Positions 24,088 to 37,389 are shown, counted from the first letter of the stretch. The stretch is DNA of 64,000 nucleotides from Camelus dromedarius (GCF_036321535.1 NC_087436.1:21764001-21828000); one strand, 5' to 3'. A program made the numbers and translations. Notes: a model not told the origin generated them from the sequence alone.

Positions 24088-27013
24088 AAAGGGACACACT
24101 ACAGAGGGTGGAGGATCCGTGTCCTTTAAAATAAAAAATAAAAGTGGAGGGAGGGAGCACAGACTGTCCACGAGGCATTCATGTGAAATTTTTCTTTTTT
24201 TAGAGGTATGCACATACTAATATATCCAGTTTTATTAGGCTTGTATGTTCTTTATTTAAGGTATGGATAAACTTAATCCAAACTGAGTGTAGTAAAGGAA
24301 TAGTTGGGGTGAAGGAGGAAAATTCCCATTAACGTGACAGAATGTCCAGCAATGTGGACCCAGAGTAACAAAATTTGCTTCTCCCCAACATGCAAATAGA
24401 GGGGGAGTCCAAGTGCTTTGGTGTGACAACACTTCCAAAGAGGTTATGCTCTGGGGTGTCGGCGTTTGTATGGAGATTGGGAGTGGGGTGTGAAGGAGTA
24501 ACTGGGGTGGGAGAAATGTTCATGTCATCACCTCTCTAGCTGGTCCTTTGGATTCATTGAAATAGGGATGTTTGCAACTTTATAAAAAAATTCCCGTGAA
24601 TAAGACCAAGAGTGCTGATGTTCGCACACTCTGCCTCTATTGCCCTAATGGGATTTGTGCATTTAAATTCCAGTGTTCAAGTAGTAGAAGCAGAAGGCAT
24701 ACTGGTGAAGGTGCTATTTTTAGACCCATGAGACCATTCAGTTTTCCTCAGTTGTGCACGATGACTAACACACTCATTTTGTGTGTGTTTAACTCTGGCA
24801 GTGGGGTTTGGGAAGCAGCCTATTGAGTTAACAGGCACTTTTGTGTGTGCAGATACCTGAAAGTTCTACATTTGACTTTTTATAAAAGCGTTTTAAAATA
24901 TGTTTTCATGTAGTGTTTCATTATGTAAAGTTATGGATGTCTGTTAGTCACAATATTCTTAATTTTGCCACCCAAAGGTAGAGGCAATTTTGCCTAGTCG
25001 GTTTAAATATCCCTCTCTATACCTAGTAAAATTAGGTACAAAAATAGAGACTGTTATTCTGTTCCATTTTTCCACAGGTTATATGTCCTGGAAATAGATT
25101 GAATTTGCATTAAGAATATTTCATGTTTGTAATTTATTTTTATTATGTAGGAATATTAAGTTTTATTCTCACATACATTTAACTTTCCTGTAGGAAATTG
25201 AAATAGGATATTAAGGATTCAGCAATTGTTTGGGGTACTGTAGGTTGAAATCTAAGCTTAGTATAAACACTTTTTTTGAGAATTGAAAATAAACTGTCAT
25301 AAGGCTAGTGTCCAGCATTCTTTATGCCCTAGGGGCACTAAGAAATGTTACAAATACATTGTTTAGAGGTTGGCCTCATTGTGGTTTATTATAATTGGCT
25401 GTGGAACATTTTATAGATGTAATACACGTTGAAAAATTTTTAAAGGATACAATTCTGCTATTTTAAGAGCTTGTTACAAATTGTATTCTGTATTATTTCT
25501 TACAAACTACTGTAAAGTGACGATGGAAAGTAAAGCATCAAATTTACAGGTTAATTAATAAGTTAATGACCATGGATTTAAATGAGATTTAGGAATACTT
25601 CCACAGGTGTGATGAAAGGTGGGATGTAATTGTCGCAAGGCCTGAACTAATTCGTGTAGCGCCTGTCCAGGGCTTTACAGAAATGTAGCTACAATGTCAG
25701 GCGAACGTGCTTCCAAAGGGAATCCAAACTGAAAGTCAGAGAATAAGTCACTGAACAGTTTCATGGAGAAGGGATTCAAAAGTAATTCTTAAAAAGGAAT
25801 TTACTTGACACAGAGTCATTACGATAACTTTTATGAATTCTCTGATTTTTTAGATGACTTTTGTCATTTGCAAAAGTTCATGGTGTTCTTTACTCTTCTG
25901 AATATTAGATTTTGTGGGATGCTCTGTCATTTGAAAACTTTAAGGAAAACTCCCAAGACTGCAATCCATAGCATCATCTAGAATTGCCTCCTGCTGATAT
26001 GCAAGTTCTTGCATCGATTGCCCTCCTATGTTTCTTGCCATCTTTGTTTCTTCTTACTTCATTACGTACCGTTAATATTCTTGTCCTTCCCTGTGCTGAA
26101 AGCGCCACTTGGAATGCCCCCTCTTCTTTCTCTTTTATTCCAAAGCCTACATAACCTTAAAAATTCTCTTTACGATGCCTTCTGAGTTCCTCTCATGCTA
26201 CACGTTCCATTACGCTACAGCTGTTTCTCCTCCTTAACCCATGTTCATTAACATGGATACAGATGGTATCTGTCACATGGTCACTGATCCGCATATAGTG
26301 CTATGTAATAGTTCTCATGTGTGCATGGTGTATATGTGTGTCTGTATTTACACACGTATAACTATTGTGTGTAAAGGTACACACACAGACATGGGATATT
26401 TTTCCCCTTTACTGTGATTGTAGAAGAGATCCCTCTGTCATCCACTTGACCCCTATCGGTGAGTGGAGTAGACAGGCGTTGGATGAATGGGCTCCTTGCG
26501 TCTCTCAGATTGCCATTGAAGGAATATCTAAAAGACTAGAAGATTCCTTTGTACTGTGAGAGTTACAATTTAGCTGTTATTTGTATTTATGAGGGCTAAC
26601 TTGAGAACCTTCTCTCCCGTTACATCTTTTCAAGGTGAATAAAATCTAAATTCAAACGGACTAATTTATAAAGCAAATACTTTTCAACTATTGAAATACA
26701 CTCTGTTCACCAAAGGGAGATTGCCTGATTCTGTCACCCACTGGCTTTGTGCCACTGTGCACATGTCATTGGAGAAAAATCTAACCTGGGCTACTCAGCA
26801 AAGGCACTGTTGCTTAAGCAAAACACTGCTTTACAAGGGCACTGCTTATTGCACACTTCAGATGAGAATCAGTAGGGGATAAAAGGTATGCTGTAATTTG
26901 CCACCTCATTTATTTATTCAATCATTCATCAATTCAACATTTACCCACCATAGCACAAGTGCCTTAGCAGGAGTGGGGTGCATGCAGAATTTGAGTGTCT
27001 CTCTCTTGTTCTA

Positions 27014-27033
27014 CACACACACACACACACACA
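27014..27033. repeat. (CA)n microsatellite
   Basis: Direct observation. Confidence 0.95.
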
Positions 27034-29513
27034 CCTGTCTTATACGTACATATATACAGAGGCTATAAAATACACCTTTTTACTTGCTTTTAGAAGTTAT
27101 CTCTACGCCCCTTATCATTTTTCACATCAATATCAATTTCTTGCATATTCTTCTGTACATCCTCATTCCTGTGGATGACTGGAAACATTAAAGCATTTTT
27201 AAATTTTAAAAATAGCCATTTAAAAGTTTTTAGTAATTATTGAATCTCAGGCATAGGGATTTCATGGCCATTTTGAATGTTCATGTCTGTGGATACGCAG
27301 TCTGAAATAACGTATTTCTAGTTCCGCAGTTGCGTCTCTTTAGGTTGGGACTCTCAAAGTCCCTAAATGCTAGGAGTGCAGGTTGGGGAAGGGCTATGGT
27401 TATTTGGGAAGTTAATAATACTAGGACTGGAGCTGGAGTTGGCCTTTGGGAACTGGGGCTTCCTGGGAGCTGGCAATTCTCTGGAAAGGACTAGGGATTT
27501 TGAGGGAGTTGGTTCCTTTAAGGCTTTAACAGATGTGTTGGTTTTCATTTCTTCAGTTTTGCAGTAATAGCGTTACCCTGGAAGGGGACGCATGTCACTG
27601 GGGCAGAGTGGTGTGGATGGAGGCAAATAATTTGTAACACGGCATGTCCACTAGACTTTGCAAGTACATGTGGATGTGTCTGTCCCTTCCTTTCTCTAGA
27701 TTTATTTTTTAGTGCATTTAGCATTTAAAAAATTATGCCACTAGATGTCAGTAACAACCTCCTAGGGTTCCTGTGGCCTTAATATGTGGAAAAAATGGTA
27801 CCTTATTAGAACATCTTATCTGAGAATAGTAAGTGCTTGTTTTGAAAGTTTAAAAAAAATACTTTTTGAGCTGTGAGGAGGAGGAAGATTACAAGCATCA
27901 TAAAATCTTTAAACATTATTATTTTTTAAACTGGGTTTTGCTCACATGGGACAAGTCACTCTTACTTCCAGTCTTCTCTCTACCAATGAGATGGCATGAA
28001 GAAATATGTGCGAGGCTGAGTAATTTCTCAGAAATTGTACCTGAGCCAGAGCTTGAAATTTCTGTTTTAATGCTTTATGATTCATTTATGCCACGATGGC
28101 ATGAGAATTTGTGCTTGGGGCTTGCTTCATTCTGTTTCTGTGGAAGCATATTTCGTGTACAGCCTATCAGAAGGTGGTGTGCTATTAATTTTTCAGCATC
28201 CACATCTGTGCACTCTTTACTTAGTAATGTCTAAACTTCCCTGGATCTGTGCTAGTAATGTTATTTTTATAATGCAGTTATTATCTGGTCAAATCAGATT
28301 TACATTACCAGAAGGCTTCAGACTAGTCTGTTGGATTTTGTCCATCAGCTGAAACTCAGTCTTAGGGGACTGGCTGTGAGTTGACCAAGTACCAAGCAGA
28401 TTTTTGAGTAACGATGAAAAAAAGCAGAGTTCTCGTTTCTCTCCCTTGGAAAAATTCTGCTTTCAATATATTTAAAAAGAAAAGACCTTAGCAAAAGTTG
28501 GTGAAGAGAATTAAGAAAACATTTCCTTTCCTTAAACCAGTTTTACCAAGGAAAATACTAATGTAGATGTTACACCCTTATCACTTTGAAGATTTTTAAA
28601 AATTGTTTTAGTTGGTGCAGTGAGAGGGCTAACTCAGCTAGCACATAGACTAAAGAAATAATTCCTTTCACACCGAGGTTGCTATAGTTGAGAATTATTG
28701 GTTTATCTTTATAAGATTATCAGTAAGTTTGCAAATTTTTTGCATTTCTGTTTTAGAATTACTAGTAAGAAGGACTTACCGAGATTTTCCCCAGGACTGG
28801 GTTGTTATTCTTTGATTATGTTTGTAGGTGATGAGACAGACATTTGAAATCATGCTGCAGTTACTTGACCCACATAATTTCTTCACACAGAGCAGGTGCA
28901 GTGAGTAAGTGCCGTTAATAAATGGAAGGCACTTACTGGCCAGATGTTCAGTCAAGGCACCCTCAACATTGAATACACAGCTTGCTTGATCTATAGCAGT
29001 GCGTCCTATGCTTCCAGTACTTAACCCTCCAGAAGGGGGTCAGGGCTTCTGTCTTCAGTCTGTCACTTTCTTTGTCATTTGCAAATAGTTAAATGACACA
29101 GATGTATGTGAAGTATTTTGAGTTAGAGATGCTGCCAATTTCAAGCAAACAGTTTTAGCTCCATATTAAGAAACGAACTCCCACTCCCATATGGACCAGT
29201 GCGTCTCTGCTCAACCTGTTCATTTGCCTGTGCATTGACATGGCTTAAGTTAAGTATACAGAGGGTCAGGTCCCCTTTGGGCTGTACTGGAAGTTCAGAC
29301 AGTTCAGCCTGACATTCAGAGCCCACTTTGCTACTGCTGCGTCCCAAATCTTCCCAAACCCATTTTCACCCGATTCTTCACCCAGGCGTGGCTTTGTAGC
29401 CCGTACTACCTGATTGAGCCCCATGCCTGTGTTTGATTGACTTATTTCTACCTTGATGACTTTTCATTCGCTATTACCTTTTTCTCTTTTCCCCTCCCCA
29501 ACTTCTTATTCTT

Positions 29514-29657
29514 AAAAAAAATTTTTTTAGTCCGGTATAGTCGGCTTACAACGCTGTGTTAATTTCTGGTGTGTAGCAGAGTGTTTCAGTGATACATATA
29601 TCTATATTCCTTTTCATGTTCTTTTTCATTATAGGCTTTACAAGATACTGAATATCC
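29514..29657 (-). mobile_element. Short camelid/artiodactyl L1 3' end with TSD
   Basis: GCTTACAACGCTGTGTTAATTTCTGGTGTGTAGC...; perfect TSD TCTTATTCTT at 29504-29513 and 29658-29667. Confidence 0.85.
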
Positions 29658-29679
29658 TCTTATTCTTCATTTCAGAGAT

Positions 29680-29935
29680 AGCAGAATATAGTAGGGACAC
29701 TTCTCAGTAGCCAGATGGTCTGCATTCAAATCCCGATTGATGATTTATTAGCTTCTTGCTGCCTGACCTAATGCAGGCTGTTTAAGCCACACAATCTCAT
29801 ATTGGTTTCTTTTACAAAAACTATTAAAGAAAAAATACCTAAGTAACTGAGTTAATGCTAATATTAACTTAGGATATTGATATTAACTTATAATAGTTAC
29901 TGGTACATAGTAAGTGCTTATATGTATATTAGTTA
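29680..29935 (+). mobile_element. MIR SINE
   Basis: CCAGATGGTCTGCATTCAAATCCC...TACTGGTACATAGTAAGTGCTTATATG. Confidence 0.65.
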
Positions 29936-31195
29936 CTCTTTATTCTATCAAGTCAGCCTCAAAATTCACTTCCATAAAATTTAGTCTCAACACTTACCGT
30001 TCTTCATACAGCGCCTATTAATCTTACTGGTGTGTGTTTGCAGCTCTGTGTGCTCACCTCACCAGCACTTTTATGTTTGATGATCTGTACATCTTGGTAT
30101 ATTATTTTCCTCTTCAATAAAGTAGGATAATAATACTTACCATAGCCATCCCTCAGGTTATTATAAAGACAAAATTGGAGAACAAGAGTAACAACAGAAT
30201 TGATGGTAATTATCATTCATCCGCCTTCTGTTATGTGTAAGGAACTGAATTCGGAGATTTACTTACAGTGAATTACTGCATAACGCCATACACATGTTTA
30301 GTGGGTGACAGCCAGGGAGGTGATGGATTCACATTTCAACTTAATGAGGGTGAAGAAATGGCAGACTATCCAAGTACAAAAGTCAAACAGAAATAGAAAT
30401 CCGGAATTGGGTTCAAAAGACAAGTTACAACCTGATATGGAATTTGGAAACCTATGGAATTTGGCTGAAGTTGTTTAAGAGGCTGGAGGACTTATCTGAG
30501 AGAGAGAGCATGCAGGCAGAGAAGTCATGAAGAGCTCGCTCACTCCCACCACCGAGCATCTGCACGCTGATACAGGCGGGGGAAGCTCACAGTCGTGTGT
30601 TTCTGTAGTGTTTGTAAAGGTAAGGTCTGTAATACTGTTTTATTTCAGCTAATGTGTTTATTCTTTTGAAGTCCACCATTGAAAATATTATCATAAAATT
30701 ATTATGTCTGAAAATGCTAGGGCAGATAAAATTACTCTTGTCCCAGTTTTTGTGCTGATATAAATATCATTAACAACAACAATTAATCATGTAATAAAAA
30801 TGTTACTGTCCATTTTTCCTAGAAGTTGTTTGATATTTGATCTAATTGGTGATTTGATATCTGGGCATAGATCAGATATTAGATATTTACACGGCATGTG
30901 TGAAGGGCTTTGGAGATCATGTACTTTTTCTGCGTTAGCAATAGATACCTTGCTTTCCGTTACTAGAATATGCTTAGCTTTTGATGCTTTTTCTTAGTAA
31001 TTTATTAAAATTGCTAAAGATGTAATAGATCAACATTCTCTGATAGCTCTCACGAAACTTGTGGTAGACATCTCATCTTCTTCAGGAAAATGGGAAACAC
31101 ATTCTGTGTGGTACTGGCAAATTTGGGGATAATAATAAAGGCAAATATTTATTGGCTGCTTATTTGATGCCAGGCACTGTTCTAAACACAGTACT

Positions 31196-31338
31196 TACAC
31201 CTGCAACTGACATTGTAAATTGACTCTACTTCAATTAAAAAAATATTTAAAAATAAAATAGATAAACAACAAGGTCCTACTGTTCAGTACAGGGAACTAT
31301 ATTTAATATTTTATAATACACTATAATGAAAAAGTATA

Positions 31339-31374
<36 letters not shown>

Positions 31375-31460
31375 TATATAAACTGAATCACTATGCTGTA
31401 CACCAGAAACTAACACAACATTGTAAATCAACTATACCTCAATAAACAAACAAACAAAAA
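31196..31460 (+). mobile_element. Two tandem L1 3' ends (with a (TA)n tract) inserted into a MIR
   Basis: CATTGTAAATTGACTCTACTTCAATTAAAAAAA followed by GATAAACAACAAGGTCCTACTG...CAACTATACCTCAATAAA. Perfect TSD TAAACACAGTACT at 31183-31195 and 31461-31473. Confidence 0.85.
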
Positions 31461-31489
31461 TAAACACAGTACTGTTTATTAGGGCCTAC

Positions 31490-32002
31490 TGTTAGCTCTG
31501 TTTCAGTTTTGTCACTAATACTATGGGACAAACACCCAATGAGCAAAATTCATTGGCACAAATCTGCAGATTTTCCGGGTTACGCTGGTCTTAGCTGGGG
31601 TTGTTCATGCGTCTACAGTCAGCTGGAAAGTCATCTGTGGGTTTGTTTTGCTGATCTTGGCTGACTTCTCTCACGTGTCTGTGGACAACTTTGGCTGGGA
31701 CGGCTAAGCTGACTTGGCTTTGCTCTGCACCATCTCTGTTCCCCCAAAAGGCTAAACTGATCTTGTCCTCAGGGTGGGCTCAGGGATCTCAGAGAAATAG
31801 AGCGGAAATGCTAAGAGTCAGAACTAGCACAAAGCCATTTCTGCCACGCTCTGTTGGCCAAAGCAAATCTCAAAACAAGCCTGGAATCAAGGAATGGGAA
31901 AATAGACTCCAACGTTGGAATGAAAGGGGCCACAAAATCCCACTGCAATTGATTGAATACAGGAGAGTGGAGAACTGGGGTCGTTTTTATAGTCCATCCA
32001 CC
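31490..32002 (-). mobile_element. MLT1F/G/H-type MaLR LTR splitting a MIR (MIR parts about 31130-31195 and 32003-32130)
   Basis: GAACTAGCACAAAGCCATTTCTGCCACGCTCTGTTGGCCAAAGCAAATC...GGGAAAATAGACTCCA. Confidence 0.85.
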
Positions 32003-33429
32003 GGAATCTCCATTCTACATGTGAGAAAACTGAAATGCAAGGAGGTGCACTGTTCCTCTCATGGGCCCTGCCTAAGTTGCAGATTCATGAGCAAATCAGA
32101 TGTCATTGATTTAAGCCACTCAATTTGGGGTAATTTTTTAAGCACTCATAGATGACTGCAACAATATCATTACACTTTTGCCCTGTAGCTCCTTCTCAGG
32201 AACATATGTCAGAGCCTGCTCCCACCCAGTGACTACCATTCCATTTTGACCCATGCTTTATTTAAACTTACTCTGATTTGCCAAGGAAACGTGGACATTT
32301 TTACCAATGCTGGCTAACATACTGAGCAGTGTAAAGTTGTAGAACATTTCCAGTGTCTCACTACGTTCTTTTGAGTGATGCTGCTCTAGGTTGTCACTTA
32401 CACATGTGGTCCAAGGCTAACTCCTGTAAATATTGGCATGCAGTTGCAAACATCTTTTGACTTTGAACAGAGCCTTAAAGGATGTGGTCTCGATTTCCCA
32501 GGACTGAGCTCCAGGGGAGGACAGAGATGAGAATCTCTACTCTAGTTAATAGGGTTCTGTTTCATTTAAATCCACATGAAAAGGCAGCCTTTTTGTAGCC
32601 TTACCTACATTCTTTCCTAGCCCCTGGACATGTGGATAATGGTTTATTTTCTTGGCTACATTAGTTCCCTTTACTTTAGTCCTGCCTGACTTTCAGAATA
32701 ATTCAATTCGCAGAAGTTATCCTAGGAACAATGATATCCCTCTGAAAATACTTGGGGGCTCTGTTCTCCCAGCAGAGAGTCCTCATGAACACGCAGGGCT
32801 TCTGTTGACTTGAAAGTGAACTCTGGCTGTGGAGTGGATATTACTCCCTTGAAAAAGAAAAAGAATAACTTCAAGGCAAAAGGGTCTTTATACTCCCAAG
32901 GTGTAAGTTTTCTTGAAAGCTTGTTTATTGATTTTCCTGGTAACAACTGAGCTTGCAAGCTATAAAAGAAAAAGAAACAAACAGAAGCAGGGAAATAATA
33001 TCAACGATCAACAAGTATATTCATCAGCTTTATCTCCCTCGTAGGCAGTCACACCGAGCTGTGAAATAAAAAGTACCATATGCCCCAGTTCTAGTTTTAT
33101 TATAGAGTCCAGAGAATTTAGTTCATCAAAAGGGAAAGCAAACACTTGAACTCTCAAGCCAGGGGCCATTCCCACTAAAGGTGACTGCCCAATTTAATGT
33201 CACTGTATGAAGAAGGTGAGGCGAATTGAAGAAAACATGGCCACTAAAAGGGATGGTACAAGTTAGAATGGTGTTGATTTTGGTCTCTAATTGTTCGATC
33301 AGATGGCCTGAAATAACCTCTATTAGCATTGGTCTTGTGGGAGGACATCTTCCTAAATTTCTGACCCATGTGATAACACTTTTAAAAAGTCTTATAATCA
33401 GGTAATTTTGGAAAATGCTGAATTTTATA

Positions 33430-33545
33430 TCTCCCTCCTGTAGTTTTATGATGCACATTAGAATATTAGTCTCTGAAAATCCTGCTATAAAGAAACCTGT
33501 TTAACCCAGCATTTCCTAAAATTGGTGGACCATGAAACATTTCAT
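33430..33545. mobile_element. hAT-Charlie-type DNA transposon fragment
   Basis: AAGAAACCTGTTTAACCCAGCATTTCCTAAAATTGGTGGACCATG. Confidence 0.45.
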
Positions 33546-33687
33546 ACTTTAGTATATTTTTATGTAACTCATTGCATCCAGAGACTTGATTTCAGTGGTT
33601 TCTCAGAATGATAAATTTGTATTTTGGTGTTAGTTTGCTTTAACTAAGTTTTCTAACATTGAACACCTAAACTATTTTATCTAACAG

Positions 33688-33955
33688 CGATGGATTATTT
33701 TTGCAAAAATGCCTCCAGCAGTATATCCAGTCCACATGCTCCTCCCGAACCTTTTTGGCACTCCCCACCAAGATTATTTTCCCTTCCTTTGACCTTGAGT
33801 GGATTTGAGTGTGCTCTGATGGGCAGAGTGTACTGCAGAAGTGATGCTATGGGATTTCCAAAGCAAGGTCATAGAGAATGTATGGAATCCTCCTGACCTT
33901 CTTTATTTCTGGACCCTTTCCCTTGGAGTCCAGGCACCGTGGTGTGAGAAGCTTT
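33688..33955 (+). mobile_element. MLT1-type MaLR LTR, 5' part
   Basis: GCAGAGTGTACTGCAGAAGTGATGCTATGGGATTTCCAAAGCAAGGTCATAGA...GTGTGAGAAGC. Confidence 0.75.
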
Positions 33956-34279
33956 GCTTTGCTTTATGACACAAAAGTTACCTGGGAAGAGTAGCACTGT
34001 AGCCACAAGCATCCATCTGCACAGATTAACTTTCCAAAATGAGCAGGATCCTAGGACCCTGATGGTGAGGGAGGGGCTGTAACATGGAATATTTTCTAAA
34101 GAGGGCTGTTTCAGGAGGGTTTCTGGGAAGGTAGACGATGGCCAAGCAGCTCTGGAAAGGTCTCTCCTGGGACATGAGAGTTTTCAGAGCTTTGTTTTTA
34201 GGAAGGTCAATTTTAGAAGGAGCCAAAAGGTAGATGATTAGCTGAAGCAAATTTTAATAGCTTCTGTAACTTCCAGATA

Positions 34280-34825
34280 GTTTTTAGTCACTTCCTTCCC
34301 CTTTGCAAATAGCCATTTCTCAGAAGAGCAGATTATTATCACTGTTTCTGCTTTCTCACCAACCATTCACTCTGACCTGTAATCTTTCAATCTTTCATTC
34401 ACTCTCATTCCAGTCTCTTTCTCAGATAACTAGTTTGTTTTTTTGTTTGTTTCTATTTGCCAAATGTAGTGGACTCTTTCTGGGTGAACTTATTGGTCTC
34501 TGTGATTTTGGATTCTACCTAACTACTTTTAAGTTCCATATTTATATTTCCAGCCCAGGGCACAGTTCTAAGCTTCAAAATGTTACCCACAGGCATCTCA
34601 AGCTTACATCCAAAATTGATCTTACAAACTTGTACTCTAAACCTCTCCCTCCTGTAGATCATTGGAAGAAACATCATTCACCTGGTCGCCCAAACCAGAA
34701 ACCTGGGAGTCACCCCCTATTCCTCTTTGTGCTCTTACCTTCTCTTCCCCACCAAAAAAATCAATCACAAATTTCATGGTCTCTCCTCTGTCTCATAATT
34801 CACATTTCTCTCCACACCTTAGGTT
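34280..34825 (+). mobile_element. L2 fragment
   Basis: TTGCCAAATGTAGTGGACTC, CACAGGCATCTCAAGCTTACATCCAAAATTGATC, CCAAACCAGAAACCTGGGAGTCACC. Confidence 0.75.
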
Positions 34826-34829
34826 CAGA

Positions 34830-34985
34830 GTCAAATCATAGCACTTCTATGTGACATCTGAGTGATATTGAACAAGATTTCTAATCTCTTATGCCTCGAT
34901 TTCTCATTTATTCAATGGGGATAACAGTAATGCCTAAATGAGAGCATTATTGTGAGCTGGGGAAGATTAAATGGGGATAAACTAG
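34830..34985 (+). mobile_element. MIR SINE
   Basis: AATCTCTTATGCCTCGATTTCTCATTTATTCAATGGGGATAACAGTAATGCCT. Confidence 0.7.
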
Positions 34986-35213
34986 GGGAGGAGAGAAAAG
35001 ATTAAGTTGATTAAGTTGACTTTTTTGTCCCCCTGTGGAGGGAAAAAGTACTATTTATTAATAGGGAAGGTTCTTAATGGGTTGTTGAGTATTTTTATAG
35101 GAGCAAATAGCTTTTAAAATGCTACAGTAGTAAATAAAAAAAACTAAGGTTGTAATTTGGTTGTAAGTCATGGGAAAATAGTTTATTAATATTTTTCTCC
35201 TTTCATTGCACAG

Positions 35214-35287
35214 TTATGGGATATTGTCAGGAAAATAAAGGAAGAGAATTGAACTATCTTTACCATCCTTTAGGCAAACAGAATTGA
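35214..35287 (+). other. Candidate exon start (possible alternative or terminal exon)
   Basis: Strong acceptor TTAATATTTTTCTCCTTTCATTGCACAG|. Reads LWDIVRKIKEEN* (phase 0) or VMGYCQENKGRELNYLYHPLGKQN* (phase 1). The 3' end is not defined. Confidence 0.35.
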
Positions 35288-35609
35288 TTGTGTGTGTGAT
35301 GAAGTAGATTAAAAAGGAAGAACCCCAAAGCAGCGTCCTAGGACGTTTAACCAGGCCGATGTGAAGATACCTGCGTCTTGTAGGCTTAGCCAACAGAACA
35401 CTGCTCACACAGGGTTAAGCCCTGGTTATGAATTTCAGACAATTTCCTGTAAGCATCTTTTATTTTTTGCTTAATAGCTAAAAGCCCTTTTAAAAATCAT
35501 ATTGCACATGGAGAGACTCATGCATGGAATAGTGTAGGTGAATCACATAGCCATGTGTACTCAGGCTACCACCATCAAACAAAGAATACATGATTGATGG
35601 TTGTCATCC

Positions 35610-36460
35610 CTTCTTTCAATGAATTTTTATTGGCCTTCTGCTATGGACCACTAATTCTGGATAGTAGTCTACAAAATAGACAGAAATCCTTTCCCTACTG
35701 GATCTTATGTCCCAGTAAGAGGAGACAGACATTAAACAAAATAAATAATTGTACTGTATTTTAGACAAGGGCTATGGAGGAAAGTAGGAAAGAGGGACAG
35801 GGCATCTTGTCATGGCGTTAGAATTGTCTGTTTCAAGAGAGAGGCTTGGAAGTCCTCACTAGGAAGATGCTATTTGAGCAAAGACCCCGAGGATGTCATG
35901 GAGTCAGTGAGTGGTTCTGCTCAAAGAAATGAGACGATCTGACTTTCCTTTTACCAGGATCCCTCTGGCTACCCTTTGAGAATAGACACAAAGGGAGATG
36001 AGTCATTAGGCTGCTGCAGTAATCCAGGCAGGAGTGGATGGGGCCTGGGAGGTAGTACCGGAGGTGAGCATGGCAGAGATAAAGTTCAATCTTAGTGTGT
36101 GTGTGGCATCTCTGAGGCCTATTCCTGTTTTGCAGAAATGCCAGTATTTGGGGGCAAGACTCAGGGAGAGGAACCAGGGAACAGAGGCTAGAGAGAAACA
36201 TCAGGGAGCTAGCAGGAGAATCATTAGAAAGTGATGTCACAGAAGCCAGAGGCATCACGAGTAAGAGGGCGGCATGAACCATGTTCAGCACTGCAGAGAA
36301 TTGAGCTATGACTGTATCTGAAGTGGGTACCTTCAGTCTGACAAGTAAAAGACCATCAGTGACATTATCAGGGAAAATTTAGTGGGTTTACTAAAGCAGA
36401 AATGACAGATTGAGATTGGGAAGTGAAAAGGTGTAGACAGAGAAAATAGATACTCGCTCA
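35610..36460 (-). mobile_element. L2 LINE
   Basis: TTCAATGAATTTTTATTGG..., GGATCCCTCTGGCTACC, AGGCTGCTGCAGTAATCCAGGCAGGAG. Confidence 0.8.
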
Positions 36461-36471
36461 TAACCAGTGGT

Positions 36472-36500
36472 TATATATATATATATATATATATATCTGT

Positions 36501-36539
<39 letters not shown>
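36472..36539. repeat. Compound (TA)n(TG)n microsatellite
   Basis: Direct observation. Confidence 0.95.
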
Positions 36540-36540
<1 letters not shown>

Positions 36541-36569
36541 ACAATCCACAGTAAGAAATATATTTTAGT

Positions 36570-36744
36570 AGGGGAGGGTATAACTCAAGTGGTAGAGCTC
36601 ATGCTTAGCATGCATGAGGTCCTGGGTTCAATCCTCAGCACCTCCTCTAAAAAAATAATAATAAATAACCCTAATCACCCCCCCCCCCAGAAAAAAGAAA
36701 GGAACAAGAAAAAAATTTTTAAATTAAAAAAAATTTAAAAAAAA
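36570..36744 (+). mobile_element. Camelid tRNA-derived SINE (Vic-1-like), long form
   Basis: GGGGAGGGTATAACTCAAGTGGTAGAGC (A-box), GGGTTCAATCC (B-box), AATAACCCTAATCACCCCC and an A-rich tail. Confidence 0.92.
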
Positions 36745-37389
36745 GTATATTCTATTTTGTGATCCATTGCACATGCACACACATACTAACTTACCAAGTT
36801 TTTCGTGACATAGTTATTACTTTTTATATGTGCCATCCACTCCATTTTCTATTCTATTCTATGTAATCTCTTATTAAAAATGCTTGCTGCAATCCACTAA
36901 ATTGCTTTCAAAACCCACTCCAGGGTCCTGACTCATGATTTGGAAAACATGATCCCGGGCTGCAATCAAGATAAAAGATGTTCTCTTAGAACGTTCCCCA
37001 CGTGCCTGTCAGTCTCATATTTTGGCATTTGTGTAAAACTTCCAGAAACAAGTCTCTCTTACACCCATGCCACTGACTTAGGATGCTGGTCTGGCCCCTA
37101 TAGGCATATGACTGTGGAATCCCTGCTTTAAACCTCAGCCTATGGGATTTGTCTCTGTAAACAGCAGTAAAGACAGGCATACTTATTTAGCTTCAGCCTA
37201 GTCAGCCAACTCAATGGATTAAAGGTTTTTAAGGTCTGGTTACCAGCCCTAATGACTGAGCTCTGAGTATTGATTCATGCCGATAAAACATGTGAGACAG
37301 ATTTACAAACGAACATGCACCCCTGACCAGACTAGGTGATGAACAGGGCATCCGTTTCCTGTGTGTGAGCCCATCCAGTGGTCCAAAGT

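Larger units (their letters stand above)
36463..36952. mobile_element. Charlie4-like hAT element hosting a microsatellite and a SINE
   Basis: End resembles the Charlie terminus: GCAATCCACTAAATTGCTTTCAAAACCCACTCCAGGGTCCTGACTCATGATTTGGAAAACATG. Confidence 0.6.

Noticed and set aside
31691..32155. 154-aa ORF
   Set aside because: Spans an MLT1 LTR and a MIR; chance ORF.
34303..34854. 183-aa plus-strand ORF
   Set aside because: Lies within an L2 fragment and has low-complexity L/S/F composition.
36570..36650. tRNA gene
   Set aside because: A and B boxes are present, but a SINE body and A-rich tail follow and there are four diverged copies in the window, so it is a SINE.
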